Shown in pieces: positions 35,837-48,949 of a DNA stretch of 64,000 nt. This stretch comes from Azolla caroliniana. Lineage: Eukaryota; Plantae; Polypodiophyta. Position 1 is the first letter of the stretch; every line of letters starts with the position of its first letter. The notes below the pieces were generated by a model. The model saw only the letters and a program-made list of their open reading frames with translations, was not told the origin of the DNA and searched no databases. A program made the translations under genes and the position numbers. The stretch lies in assembly GCA_043228905.1 (NCBI GenBank), contig JBHGNT010000009.1:17112001-17176000 (forward strand), written 5' to 3'.

Positions 35837-36011
35837 ATACATCGTGTGGACTATTTACAATTGTAGCCACTGCTACATATCATTACTATTATTATTACTA
35901 TAATTATAATCTGTTTAAATAATCAACTCTCTGTTGTCGACTCTTCAATTGTTGACTGTCGACTATTTCCGAATAGTCGGTTCCTCTCATTGGAGGGACA
36001 TATCCCCAACA
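31888..36011 (-). mobile_element. Decayed Tork-like copia, relative of 22599-27941 (5' LTR 35488-36011, PBS-Met 35473-35484); broken at 31888 by the gypsy insertion
   Basis: MIVLNSYNYADWKIKMEDLL, WHKRLGHMSEKG, NGLAERMNRT, YKARIVVKGFQQKKG, LLLYVND, PYASVISSLMY; many stops. Confidence 0.9.
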
Positions 36012-36012
36012 C

Positions 36013-36328
36013 GGTCCTCACCGTAAACTAGGACACCAAAGGGCGTGAGCAACCCTATGTGGTCCTCACTAGAGATACAAACACCAACGGGCATGGGCGA
36101 CCATGTGCGGTCCTCACCAGAGACACGAACACCAAATGGGTGTGAGCGACCATGTGCGGTCCTCACCGGAGACTGGGACCCTAACGAGCGTGAGCAACCA
36201 TGTGCGGTACTCACCGGGAACTGGGACACCAACCGGCATGAGTGACCCTGTGATGTCCTCACCGAGAACTGGGATACCAATGGGCGTGAGCGACCCCGTA
36301 AAGTCCTAACCAGGAACTGGAACACTTG
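36013..36328 (+). repeat. Minisatellite, ~6.5 x 48 bp
   Basis: Consensus GGTCCTCACCGGAGACTGGGACACCAACGGGCGTGAGCGACCATGTGC; units start at 36013, 36061, 36109 and so on. Confidence 0.9.
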
Positions 36329-36522
36329 ACGTCGATGAAGGCTAGGCAAAGTGTAAAAGAATATGTGCAAAAGCTTAACAAACACAACCAAGTAACAACA
36401 GAAAAAGACAAAGAAGATGAGGAAGGTTTAATGGAAAGCGTAATCAACACAGCGTATACGCAAGCGAGACAGAGAGAGCAGAACACAAAAAACTCTATTC
36501 CAAAACAATACTCTAAAACTTT

Positions 36523-39500
36523 TGTTGAGAGACAAGCTCAACATCGGCCGGATCGGCTGAGCAAGCCGAGGACCGGATCAGTTGGGACCAATCGGTTAGG
36601 CCGGACCGGTGTGTAAAACGGATGCGTAAAACGGTACGGAAACCGGTGCGTAGGAAGGCCGTATTGGTGCGTAAACTGAAAGGCCGTTAGAAAGATATTC
36701 CTCGTAAGGAATAGTTTTGGGAGTAAGAGTCGAGGCTCATTTATGAGCAGTCACGTACTGTCAATACTTGTGTCAGCCCGATTGTCAGGGCTTGTATAAA
36801 AGTGCTCACTGAGCACATCCTATGTACAGATTGAGTATTATCTTTTTGAATTAAGTTCTGTGTTTACTCTCTCTCTGTCTCTCCCGTGCGTACTCTGCAA
36901 ACCTAAGCTTTCCATTAAACCTGCATTTTCTATTGTTTAGTATTCTATATTGCTTCTGCACGCAATTCAGAGCGCGAGGGTTGAGAACCTCTGCGGCCGA
37001 CTTTGCTTGAAGGAAAAACCAACGAAGAAGAACAAGAAAACCGATGGACAGAGGAATGGTTAGCTCGCTTCCGACAGAGAAGCTCGACAGAAACAACTAC
37101 GCGTTGTCGTGAAGATTTCCGTCCATAGGCGGAAACCGGGGTGGGAAGGGCAAGTCAGTGGTGTGCTACATGCGCACATGTAAACTAGGATATGGTGTAT
37201 AGAAAGAGAGGGGAAATTTTATCCCACATTGTAAGCTCCCTCCCTCCTTGGGCTATAAAAGGAAGGGAGGGGTCACTTATGAAGGGTTGCCTATTTTGAG
37301 GGAGAGAGGCATACCACTTAGGTCGAGGGTCTCCTATTCGGTTTTAGGGTTTCGGTTAGGGTTTTCTTCTTGGGTTTTCCTTTAGGGTTTTCTTATAGTC
37401 GTTTGGTGCGACCATGGTGGCTGCCATTGTTGTAACCATTCGTTGTTTTAATATCACTTGTTGAACATCTTGCCTCCGCCGATCTCTCCTTCTATGTCGT
37501 GGTCTTATTCTTTCTTCTTCTCCTCTTGAGCGAAGCCTCCATATCATGCCCTATTCTTTCTCCTCTACTCCCTAGTACGAGACCCCGGTGGTCCCGCCCC
37601 TTCTACACGCACGCGCGTAACAACGCGACAACGTCTTGGTCTTACAAGATGCACCAGTACCTGCTCGGACACGGTTACTTGAGTTATGTCGAGGGTGCAA
37701 ATGACACAGCACCCGATTCGACACACAAAGACTTCCCGGCGTGGGAACAATCGGCGAGCAGAGTGTTGTACTGCTTCGCATCTTGTGTGGGTGAACAGCT
37801 ATTAAGCTACGTTCGGGATGCAAAAACGCCGAAGGGTGTATGGGAAAATCTGAAGAAGATTTTCGCCGTGAGCACCATAGCTAGGAAGCTTCAACTCCGA
37901 CAGGAGTTGAGCAACCTACAGCAACGCGATTTGTCGGTGGCTGACTATACCTCGAGGATTAAGGACATATGTGACTCCCTAGCTTCCATCGATGTGAACA
38001 TCGAGGAAAGCGAGATGGTCCAGGTCTGTCTCGGGGGTTTGGCGTCGAAGTTCGGGGCATTCCGAACTGCTGTCTGTACCTGGGAGAATATGTCATCCTT
38101 TTTCGACTTACAGTCGATGCTCTTGGTAGAGGAGAACCATGCGGGTGCATCAACGAACACGCACACCGACATCAAGATGTTGTACACGTAGGGAGATAGG
38201 CCCCATGGTCGTGGCGGACAAGGCGAGTCGGTACGCAATGGAGGCGGCCGACGGGATCAAGGAAGAAGGCACCGAAGTGATGCCGACAGCAATTCTAGAC
38301 CCTTCAGAAACAGGGGGAGTCGGGGCGACGAGAACTGGCAAGGGAAATCTGCCGCGGATTGCTGGTACTGTGGCAAGAAAGGCCACAGGGAGAGCAAGTG
38401 CTGGAAAAAGCGCACCAATTCGGAGAAAACCGGGTCCGGATCAGGTTCCGGACAGACCGACAAAAGAAACCGGCAGTGATCTCACTACGTCGAAGGATCC
38501 GGAGAAACCGGAAAAGGGTCAGTCTTTGTGACGAGACATGAAGCAAACTCAATAAGCAATCTACCCCGAAATCGGACGAGGTGTGGTACGTCAACTCCGG
38601 CGCATCAAACCACATGATGTGCCATGAGGAGTGGTTTTCATATCTTGAGAAACCGACGCAACCAGGAGTAGTCGCAATCGGAGATGACACTCCGCATCCG
38701 ATCGCGAATGTCGGTGAAGTTCCCTTGAGCCATGTCGGGAAGAAAGGGAAACTTATGAACGTGTTACACATCCCGACCATCACGAAGAATCTGGTGTTAG
38801 TCGGGCAGATCGACGACCAGGGGATGCAGGTTTGGTTTACACACCTCGGGTGCTTCATTGAGGGAGAAGGCCGTATTATTGCACAAGGGCGCAGAGATGG
38901 GAGGATGTTCATCCTCGACTCTACTGACGGTGGCACCGCAATGTTTGCGAAGGGACAAAAAGTCGAGTCGGACATCGACTTATGGCACAAGCGGATAGGC
39001 CACGTCAACTACCATTGGCTTCAAGACCTGCAATCGAAACAAGTGGTGCTCGGATTGCCCAAATTTAGTGGCCGTAAGGCACAAATTTGTGAAGCCTGCC
39101 AGCTTGGGAAGCAACACCGACTTCCCTTCCCCAACGAGCGTAACCAGAGCCGGAACAGGCTTGACTTGATACACTCTGATGTGTGGGGGCCGGCACAAAA
39201 CGTTAGTCTTGGCGGGAGCTGATATTTCGTCTCCTTCATCGACGACTACACGCGGCACACATGGATCTACCTCATCGAGAGGAAGACCGAAGTCTTCGAC
39301 TGTTTCCGGGACCTCAAAGGGTTCGTGCAAACGGAAACAGGAAGAAAGATCAAGTGCATGCGGTCGGATGGCGGAAAAGAATACTTTTCTGGTCAATTCA
39401 ACGGTTATCTACAACAGATGGGAATTTGAGGCGAATTCAGTTGTGGATACACGCCAGAGCAAAACGGCGCGGTCGAGAGGAAAAATCGGTCGGTTGTGGA

Positions 39501-41384
39501 AGCGGCATGGGCAATGTTGGAAGAGAAGAGCTTGCCCAAGTTCTATTGTTGAGGTTTGACATGAAGGATCTGGGGGATCTTCATTACTTCCTCGTGATCG
39601 AAGTGATCCGCACCCCCGAAGGCATATTGATTAGCCAACGTCATTACGCGCTGAATATGCTCTTCAAATTCGGGATGGCAGACTGTAAGTCCGTCTCAAC
39701 TCCTCTTGATAGAACCGTCAAGCTTCGCCCCAATTTCGGAAAGGTGTGCGACCCGACGAGGTTCCGACAAATTGTCGGAAGCCTTATTTACTTGACAATC
39801 ATCCGACCCGATCTCAGTTATCTGGTCGGGGTGATCAGTCAGTTCATGGCGCGACCTACCGAGGAGCACCTTTAGTGTGCGCAACGCGTACTACGGTACA
39901 TACGCGGCACTACGGACCGGGGACTGCTATGTCTGACCAGTACAGCCTCGTCGTTGGTCGATAACACCGACACTGATTGGGATGGCAACGCTGCCGATCT
40001 CCGATCCACGTCCGGATACGCGTTCTCTCTTGGGAGTGCCGCGATCGTGTGGAGTAGTAAGAAGCAGCCGACAGTTGCACTGTCGAGCACCGAAGCTGAG
40101 TATAGAGGAGCGGTTGTCGCAGCATGCGAAGCCATATGGTTGAAGCGGCTACTTAAGGACCTACAAGAGGAGGTGTCCGATCTGACGACGATCTACTGCG
40201 ACAACCTCAACAGCATCCAGCTTGCCAAGAACCCTATTTTCCACGCCCGAACTAAGCACATTGAGGTGCACTACCATTTCATCCGTGAGCGTGTTCTCTC
40301 CAATGAAGTCGAACTTCAGTATGTTCCGACGGATCGGCAGCCCGCCGACATCTTCACCAAGCCTCTTGGTCTGGACAAGTTGCAGCAATTCTCGGGTGCG
40401 CTTGGGTTGCGTCAACTCGACGTGCCAAACTTGAGGGGCAGGGACGTCCCGAATGACCATGGAAGGAAGCAGGAAAGGAGCGGAGAAGACCGCGACGCCG
40501 AGTCGGATGACAAATTCGATTTCGGATCGGTTGAAGTAGCCGAGGGCGGATCCGCGGAAGAGTCTGGCAGACATAAGGGGAGCAGCCGGAAGAAAGAGCC
40601 AAAGCTAACCAAGCATGGGGGAGATGATGCCGTCAAGGGCGAGAAGACCAAAGACGAGTTGGAGATAGCCAACTCGGACGAGAGCGAAAACTGATTGCAG
40701 GTAGCTGAGTCGGTTCAAGTGTTTGATTCGGATACACTGAATCAACTGAGGGCCAAGCGGAAAAGAAGGCAGCAGGAGAAGCGCCAACACCGCGACAGCA
40801 AGGGAGCTGTGAAGGGTCGTACCGACCGGAAGGGTCGAAGCGCACAGAGTCGAACAAGCCGAGGAGCACGAGCGAGGCGTGGAGCCAGGAGGAACCGGAG
40901 CGATGATCCGGAAGATCCCGAAGAGCCTCAAGTTAAGCTTGAGGGGGAGCGTTGAGAGACAACCTCAACATTGGTCGTATCGGCTGAGCAAGCCGAGGAT
41001 CGGATCGGTTGGGACCGGTTGGTTAGGCCGGACTAGTGCGTAAAACGGTACGCAAACCGGTGCGTAGGAAGGCCGTATCGGTGCGTAAACCAAAAGGCCG
41101 TTAGAAAGATATTCCTCGTAAGGAATAGTTTTGGGAGTAAGAGTCGAGGCTCATTTATGAGCAGTCAAGTACTGTGAATGCTTGTGTCAGCCCGATTGTC
41201 AGGGCTTGTATAAAAGTGCTCACTGAGCACATCCTATGTACAGATTGAGTATTATCTTTTTGAATTAAGTTCTGTGTTTACTCTCTCTCTGTCTCTCTCG
41301 TGCGTACTGTGCAAACCTAAGCTTATAAACCTACATTTTCTGTTGTTCAGTATTCTATATTGCTTCCGCACGCAATTCTTTTCA
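36523..41384 (+). mobile_element. Copia family B element nested antisense in the 3' LTR of its relative (LTRs 36523-~36968 and 40950-41384)
   Basis: TSD ACTTT (36518-36522 and 41385-41389); ~13-nt deletion removes the 5' LTR end and start of the PBS; INT-to-RT deletion at ~39549; PPT GAGGGGGAG. Confidence 0.93.
37105..37630 (+). repeat. Solo LTR (526 bp) inserted in gag of the nested copia
   Basis: TGTCGTG...CGCGACA; flanks GCGT/ACGT (4-bp TSD, one mismatch); gag NNYA|SWSYKM is contiguous once it is removed; start resembles the LTR at 9517. Confidence 0.85.
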
Positions 41385-44300
41385 ACTTTGTACAAAGGAT
41401 GTGCTCAGAGAGCGCTTTTATACAAGTCCATATGGATTGACAAAAGTACTGACACGTACTTCAATGCTCATTAATGAGCCTCTACACTAACTCCCAAAAT
41501 ATATTCCTCTGCGGAATATCTATCCAACGGCCTCCCGGTTTACGCACCGCTATGGCCTCTCGTTGCACACCAAGCTTACTCACCCAATGTTGAGCTTGTA
41601 CCTCAACACTCCCCCTCAAGCGCAACTTGAGGTTCCACCTACTCTTCCAGATTTTCGCTCTGGCTTATCTTGGCTTCACACCTCGCTCACGCTCCTCGAC
41701 CCGTTCGATTATGCGTGCCTCGACCCTTTCAGTCGGCTTGTCTGCTCAAACTCCCTTGCTATTGTGGTGTTGGCGCCTCTTCCACTGCCCTTTCCTCCGC
41801 TTGGCCTTCAATTGATTCGGCGTCTCTGAATCGAACATTCGAACCGAATCGACTGTCTCTTATTCATCTTTTGTCTTCAGGCCCTTAACCACATCAGACC
41901 ATGTCTTGGTCTTGGCCTTCTCGCCCTTCTCAGCTTCAACTCTCCCTTGTTCGGCTGACTCTCGCTCTTCCCTTCGATTGCTGCCCTTTTCAGCTTCTTC
42001 AGCCAACCCGAAATCGAATTCTTCATCCGACTCAGCTTCGCGGTCACTTCCGCTCCTTTCATGCTCTCTTTCCTGGTTTTTTCTCCGGGCCCTCAAATTT
42101 GGCACATCAAGGTGCCATAAACTAAGCGCAGCCGAGAATTGCCGCAACTTGTCGAGACCAAGGGGCTTGGTGAAGATGTCGGCAGTCTACCGATCCATCG
42201 GAACATACACTAGTTCGACTTCACAGGAGAGGACACGCTCGCGGATAAAATGGTAGTGCACCTCAATGTGCTTGGTCCGGGCGTGGAAGATGGGGTTTTT
42301 CGCAAGTTGGATGTTGCTGAGATTGTCGTAATAGATTGTCGTCTGAGTGGACACCTCCACCTGTAGATCCTTGAGTAGCCTCTTGAGCCAAATGGCTTCG
42401 CATGTCGCGCTAACCGCTCCTTGATACTCAGCCTCCGTGCTCGACAGTGCAATTGTCGGCTGCTTCTTGTTGCTCCAGGCAATTGCGGCGCTCCCAAGCG
42501 AGAAAGCTAACCCAGATGTGGATCTACGATCGTCGACGTTTCCGGCCCAATCGGAATCCGAGTAGCTGACGAGCTGTTCGGCAATACCGATCCGATATAG
42601 CAGCACCCTATCCTTAGTGTCGTCGACATAGCGCAATATCCTTTGCGCGCACTGAAGGTGTTCAGCCATGGGTTGCAACATAAATTGACTGATCAAGCCA
42701 ACCGGGTAACTGAGATCCGGCCGAGTGATCATCAAATAAATTAGGCTTCCGACAATCTGTTGGAACCGTGTCGGGTCGCACGACTTTCTCTCGAATCTCG
42801 GCGAAGCTTGACATTTCTGTCCAAAGGAGTTGAGATGGACTTACAACCGGCCATCCCGAACTTGAAGAGCATACTCAACACGTAATGTCATTGGCTGATC
42901 AGTATGCCTTTTGGGGTGAGGATCACTTCGATCCCTAGGAAGTAATGAAGGTCCCTTAGGTCCTTCATGTCGAATGATGTCACGAGCTGGGATTTTACGT
43001 GGCCGATTTGTTCTAGGTTGGCGTCGGCGATGACTAAATCATCAACATAAAGTAAAATACTAATCGGTCCACGTCGACCTTGCCGGACAAACAATGAAGA
43101 GTCTGATTTGGACGTCGCAAACCCCATCCGACGCAGGCGCTACGTGATCTTCGCGTTCCACGCGTGTGGGGCTTGTTTTAGTCCACAGAGGGACTTCTTC
43201 AGTCAGCATACTGCCGAGGTGTTCTTTCCGGACTAAAATCCGAGGGGTTGTACCATGTACACCTATTCCTCAAGTTCTCCTTGCAAGAACGCATTCTTTA
43301 CATCCATTTGATGTAAATGCCACCCCTTTACCGCGGCTACTGCAAGCAGGACGCGGACGGTGGTCATCTTCGTGACAAATGCAAAGGTCTCATCATAGTC
43401 AATGTCGTGTTGTTGTGTGTATCCCTTCACCACTAACCGGTCCTTGTAGCAGTTGACAAAGTCGTCGGTGTTGTACTTGTCCTTGTACACCCACCTGCAT
43501 CCAATCGGCTTTACACCCTTCGGGGCATCAACCAGGTCCCAGGTTTCATTTTTCTCTAATGCATACATCTCTTCCTCCATTGTGGCACGCCAAGTTGCAT
43601 CCTTCGTCGCTTCTGCGTAGCTCTCCGAATCATGCACTTCCGTCACTCGCGTCATGTACGTGTAATGATGCACCATGTACTTGTTGTATCCGAACCGCAC
43701 CACAGGGTTCTTCTGGCAAGTGGATTGGCGTAATCTAGTTATGCCGACTCAATCGCTCGTTCGGCCCACTTAGCTTGAATGAGATCAGACTCTCTTCAGG
43801 AGCTCCGATGTTTCCTTTGTCCCGAGGCATTTCAACCTCGTTGACCTCTTCATCAGAGATCGGAATGGAGTCATCATGGGTTGGAGGCGAAGGCAAGTAC
43901 CATGACGGGGGTTCATCGAACACAACATCACGACTTACGCAAGCTTGTTTGGTTCAGGGGTTATAACACTTATAACCCTTCTATTCGTCCAAGTAGCCAA
44001 CCAAGATGCACTTCTCTTCTTTGGCGTCCAACTTCCTCCATTTCTCCTTCGGCACATGCACATACGCGATGTTACCGAAAACCCTCAAGTGTGCCAACTT
44101 CGGTTTCTTCTTGAAGTACAACTCATGTGGCGACACTCCTCCATTGGCAGATGCCTGATTCTGGAGGTAGACGGCTGTTTTGATCGCTTCGGCCCAATAG
44201 AACTTCGGTAGATGCTTCTCTTCAAGCATTGCCCTTCCCACCTCCTCTATCATGCGATTCTTCCTCTCGGTCACGCCGTTCTACTATGGTGTGTATCTAC

Positions 44301-46759
44301 ACGAGAATTCGTGTTCAATTCCCTCCTTTTGTAGGTAACTCGAGAACTGTTCGGAGAAGTACTCCTTCCCACCATCGGACCTTAGGCATGATCTTTCGCC
44401 CAATTTCCCTTTCCGCAAGGCTCTTCACCTTTAGGAAACACCCGAAGACTTCCTCTTTTTCGCGATCAAGTACACCCAAGTGTGCCGAGTGAAGTCATCG
44501 ATGAAGGTTATGAAGTAACTGCTTCCTCTGATGTTCACGTTCTGTGTTGGTCCCCATACATCTGAATAGATCACATCGAGCGGATTTTGACTCCGATTAC
44601 GCTCGTTGGGGAATGGAAGTCGGTGTTGCTTCTCGAGTTGGCAGGCTTCGCAGACTTGGCCGTTCCGGCCACTAAATTTCGGCAATCCGAAAACAATGTT
44701 CTTCGTCTCCATTTCACGAAGTCGCGGGAAATTAACATGGCCGAACCGCTTGTGCCATAGGTCGATATCAGACTTGACCTTCTGTCCTTTCGTAAACAAC
44801 GTGATTCCGACATCATTCGTTTTGAGGATGAACATCCTCCCTTCTCGACGCCCTTGTGCAATGATTGTGCCCTCTTCTTCGATGTAGCAACCGAGATGCG
44901 TGAATCGAACTTGCATCCCCTGGTCGACGATTTTTCCAACCGACACCAGGTTCTTGGTTATTGTCGGGAAGTGTAGCACATCCATGAGTTTCCCTTTCTG
45001 CCTGATTTGGCTGAGGGGAATTTCTCTGACATGTTCGATGATATGCGGAGTGTTGTCTCCAGTTTCGACCACTCCTTGTTTTTCCGATTTCTCCAAGTAC
45101 GAGAACCATTCCTCATGACTCATCATATGATTTGATGCTCCGGAGTCAACATACCACAACTCGTTCGGTTTCGAGGTGTTTATCGCCATCGAATTGGCCT
45201 TGTGCTTCATTACGAAGGCTAGGCCCAATCCATTTTCGGCTCGTTCGGAGCCCTCGATCGCTAGCGATTTCCTTGTTCGGTCCGCCCAGATCCGGATGCG
45301 GTTTTTTGTGAATCGGCGCGTTTCTTCCAGCACTCGCTCTCCCTGTAGACTTTCTTGCCACATTGATAGCATTCCGTGGTGGGTTGCCCTTGCTGGTTTC
45401 CGACGCTGCCTCGACTCCCCCTACTTCCCGAGGGTCCGGAACTATTGTTGGCATTAGGACCATGCCTTCCATCTTGCTCCTGTCGGATGCCTCCATTGCG
45501 CGCCGACTCGCCTCGTTCGCCACGACCACGGGGCCTATTTTCCTCCGTGTACAACATATTGGTGCCAACGTGCGTACTCGTTGATGCACCCATGTGGTTC
45601 TCCTCTACTAGGAGCATCGATTGTAAATTGAAAAACGATGGTGTATTCTCCCTCGTACAGACCGCAGTTCGGAAAGCTCTGAACTTTGACGCTAACCCTC
45701 CAAGGCAGACCTGCACCACTTCATCCTCAACATTTACATCGACAGAGGCAAGAGAGTCACAAATGTCCTTGATCTTGAAGGTGTAGTCAGCCACCGACAT
45801 ATCTCATTGTCGAACATGCTCAACTCTTGCCTGAGTTGGAGCTTTCTGGTTGTGGTGCTTGCGGCGAAAATCTTTTTCAGATTTCCCCAAGCATCCTTTG
45901 GCGTCTTCACATCTCAAATGTAGCTCAGAAGCTGATCGCTCACACAAGATGCGAAGCAGTAGAGAACTCTACTTGCCGCTTGTTCCTAGGCCGGGAAATC
46001 TCTGTGTGTTGATTCGGGTGCTGCGTCATTTGCTCCATCGACATAACTCCAGTAGCCATGTCTGAGCTGCTACTGGGGCATCTTGTACGACCAAGATGCG
46101 TAGTTGCTTCTGTCGAGCTTCTCCGTCGGAAGCGAGGTTGCCATTCCTCTGTCCATTCTTTTCTTCTTCTATGCTTTCACCGTGATTAGGGTTTGTCTGT
46201 TTGTCAGCAGCAGAGGATCTCAACCCTCGCGCTCTGATACCATGTAAAAGAATACGTGCAGAACCTTAACAGACACAACCGGGTAACAACAAACAAAAGA
46301 CAAAGAAGATGTGGAAAGTTTAATGGAAAGCTTAATCAACACAACGTATGCAGAAGAGACAGAGAGAGTAGAACACAGAAAACTCTATTCCAAAACAATA
46401 CTCTAAAACTTTGTACATAGGATGTGCTTAGAGAGCACTTTTATACAAGTCCATATGGACTGACAGAAGTATTGACACGTATTTCAATGCCCATCAATGA
46501 GCCTCTACACTAACTCCCAATATATATTCCTCTGCGGAATATGTATCCAACGACCTCCTGGTTTACCCACTACTATGGCCTCTCATTGCGCACCCGGTTT
46601 ACGCACCCAATGTTGAGCTTGTATCTCAACACAAAGTAGTGTTGATAACGACACCAAGCGGTGTTGAAGATGATGATATCAAAGATGGAGCAATGAAGAC
46701 AATGATGTTGACTCTGGAAGCAATGATTGTGACTATGGCAATGATGGAAAACAAAGAAA

Positions 46760-47208
46760 TAGATGAAGAGGATAAGAAACATAGAGATTGAGAAGTCGAG
46801 GATAAAAAGGAACACAAAGATAGAGATATAGAAAATGATAGAAAATACAGTGACAGGGACGAAGATGATAAGAAACACATAGATAGGGATGATGATGATA
46901 AGAAACACATAAATAGAGATGAAAACAGTAGGAAACATAGGGAGAAGGATGACAATGAGAAAAAAAGCAGAGATAGGGATGTGGAAGATGATAAGAAGTG
47001 CAAAGATAGGGATGATGATAAGAAACACAGAGATAGATATGTGGAGGATGAGAAGAAACTAAAAAACAAAGACGATGATGAGGAGAAACTAAAAGGCAAA
47101 GACAATGATGAGAAGAAACTAGGCGATAGAGATGGCGAGGAAGATAGGAAACGAAGGGATGTTGATGATGGTAACTCTAGAAGAAAGCTCAATGATGAAG
47201 ACGGGTGA
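46760..47208 (+). repeat. Degenerate 27-33-nt purine-rich tandem repeat encoding D/E/K/R-rich units
   Basis: GATGATGATAAGAAACACAxAGATAGGGAT-like units; translation DRDDDKKHR repeats. Confidence 0.75.
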
Positions 47209-47234
47209 TGCTTCTAGTTGGAAGGGATTCAAAT

Positions 47235-47685
47235 TGTCACGGACACACCAACGCTAGACTACGACAAAGCACAAATGACAAGGCTACGACCGATATGGTT
47301 ACGAACATGGAACTCGACATGATGAGGCTAGAAACTCGGGAAGTTGGGAGCGACGAGACAAGGAACTTAAGAATCTGGGAATGACACAAGAGTATAAGAC
47401 AAAGATGTAAATAAAGGAGAGACGATGGGGCGAAACAAGAATACTAGATTGATGTGTCAATGATTGGTGTTGAATCCCTTGAACGGGACCAAGGAGATTA
47501 CAAGTATTTATACATGTTTGTGGGCTCTATATGTAGTTTCATGCATAGACCCATTTTCATGCAGAAGCTTCTAGAGGTTTCTAGAAGCTTCTAAAAACTC
47601 CTAGGACTTGGAATAGATAATCTACTATGATATGTATAACATGACTATGTATTTGGATGTGTTGGTTACAACAAAATACGTGACA
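47235..47685. repeat. LTR-like segment (451 bp)
   Basis: Perfect 7-bp terminal inverted repeat TGTCACG...CGTGACA; internal AGAAGCTTCTAGA palindromes; no TSD found. Confidence 0.5.
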
Positions 47686-47723
47686 ATATACAAGAGGGGA
47701 AGAGTTTGAATCTTGACATGACA

Positions 47724-48005
47724 GTGATACTCCTGATGCCTTTGATAAGTGATGTGGCCGATCCTCTTATGCCACAGGTGGATATCCGAATCGACTTTTT
47801 GTCTTTTGGCAAACATTGTAGTGCCGACATCATTTGTGTCGTGGATGAACATCCTCCCTTCTCGGCGCCCTTGCGTGATGATCCATCCTTCTTCTTCAAT
47901 GAAGCATCTGAGGTGTGTGAACTAGACCTACATCCCTTGGTTGACAATCTGTCTGACGAACACCAAGTTCTTCGTGATTGTCAGGACGTGCGGGACATTC
48001 ATCAT
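47724..48005 (-). mobile_element. Copia family B protease/GAG-pre-integrase fragment
   Basis: QGRREGRMFIHDTNDVGTTMFAKRQKVDSDIHLWHKRIGH, homologous to 38760-39020. Confidence 0.8.
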
Positions 48006-48021
48006 GTTATAGGTTTTAGGG

Positions 48022-48594
48022 TGTTGGGAGACAGGTCCCTCCGGATGGGAAGGGAGAAGATCAGTGCCGATGAACAAACTCGGCCGAGGCCCATAGGCCA
48101 AGACCGAAGACCATATGAGGTGGACCCGGCCACGGAGAGCCGGATGATGCAGACCCGATGAAGACCGGATGAGGAGTACCTGGCCACGGAGACCCGGATG
48201 ATACAGACCCGGTGAAGACCGGATGAGGAGTACCTGGCTACGGAGAGCTGGATGATGCAGACCCGGTGAAGACCGAATGAGGAGTACCTGGCTACGGAGA
48301 GCCAGATGATACAGACCCGGTGTGAACCGGATGAGGAGTACCCGGCTACGGAGAGCCGGATGGTGCAGGCCCGGTGTGAACCGGATGAGGAGTACCCGGC
48401 TACGGAGAGCTGGATGGTGCAGGCCCGGTGTGAACCGGAGGAAGAGACATATTCGTAAATATGTTTCTAAGAGCCCATCGAGGCTACATTTGTAAATAGC
48501 CGAAAAGTCATATTAGTATAAATATGACTTAGGGAAAACTTTATGTGTTGTTGTCATTTTTCTGTATTACACGAGATTAGTGTGCGTAACTGTA

Positions 48595-48649
<55 letters not shown>

Positions 48650-48920
48650 GTCGTTGCCTCTATTGTAACCGCCGCCTATGGCGAAGATTTGTGAGCACGA
48701 GGTCGGTGCCTCAGTGAACTCACGGTTGTATATTCCCACATAGTGACAGTTTGCAGCCTGTGGGCTGCCGTGGTTTTTCTCCTAGTTTTGGGGTTTTCCA
48801 CGTAAACCTCCTGTGTATTCTTTCCCTCTTCTTGTCCTGTTTTATTTCCCGTTTTCTGTGTATGAAAAGAATCTCGGTTGTGGCCGAGCATTGGACATAA
48901 GGAGCCTTGAGTTCCCATCA
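48022..48920 (+). repeat. Solo LTR (899 bp) of the Tork-like family containing a 6 x 54-bp tandem array (48111-48434)
   Basis: TGTTGGGA...CCCATCA with TSD TAGGG (48017-48021 and 48921-48925); homologous to 17361-18011. Confidence 0.92.
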
Positions 48921-48949
48921 TAGGGTTAGGGTTAATAGATTATTATGAT

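Larger units (their letters stand above)
36352..46631 (-). mobile_element. Full-length decayed copia family B (5' LTR 46243-46631; 3' LTR split into 36352-36522 and 41385-41608)
   Basis: TSD CAAAG (36347-36351 and 46632-46636); PBS-Met 46231-46242; PPT 41609-41620; [51 protein letters not shown]. Confidence 0.93.

Noticed and set aside
46573-47192. Hydrophobic or Ser/Phe-rich 'membrane protein' ORFs on the minus strand
   Set aside because: Antisense reading of the purine-rich D/K/R repeat
48111-48434. CRISPR-like arrays (also 36013-36328 and 27349-27478)
   Set aside because: Head-to-tail repeats with no unique spacers, no cas genes, eukaryotic context
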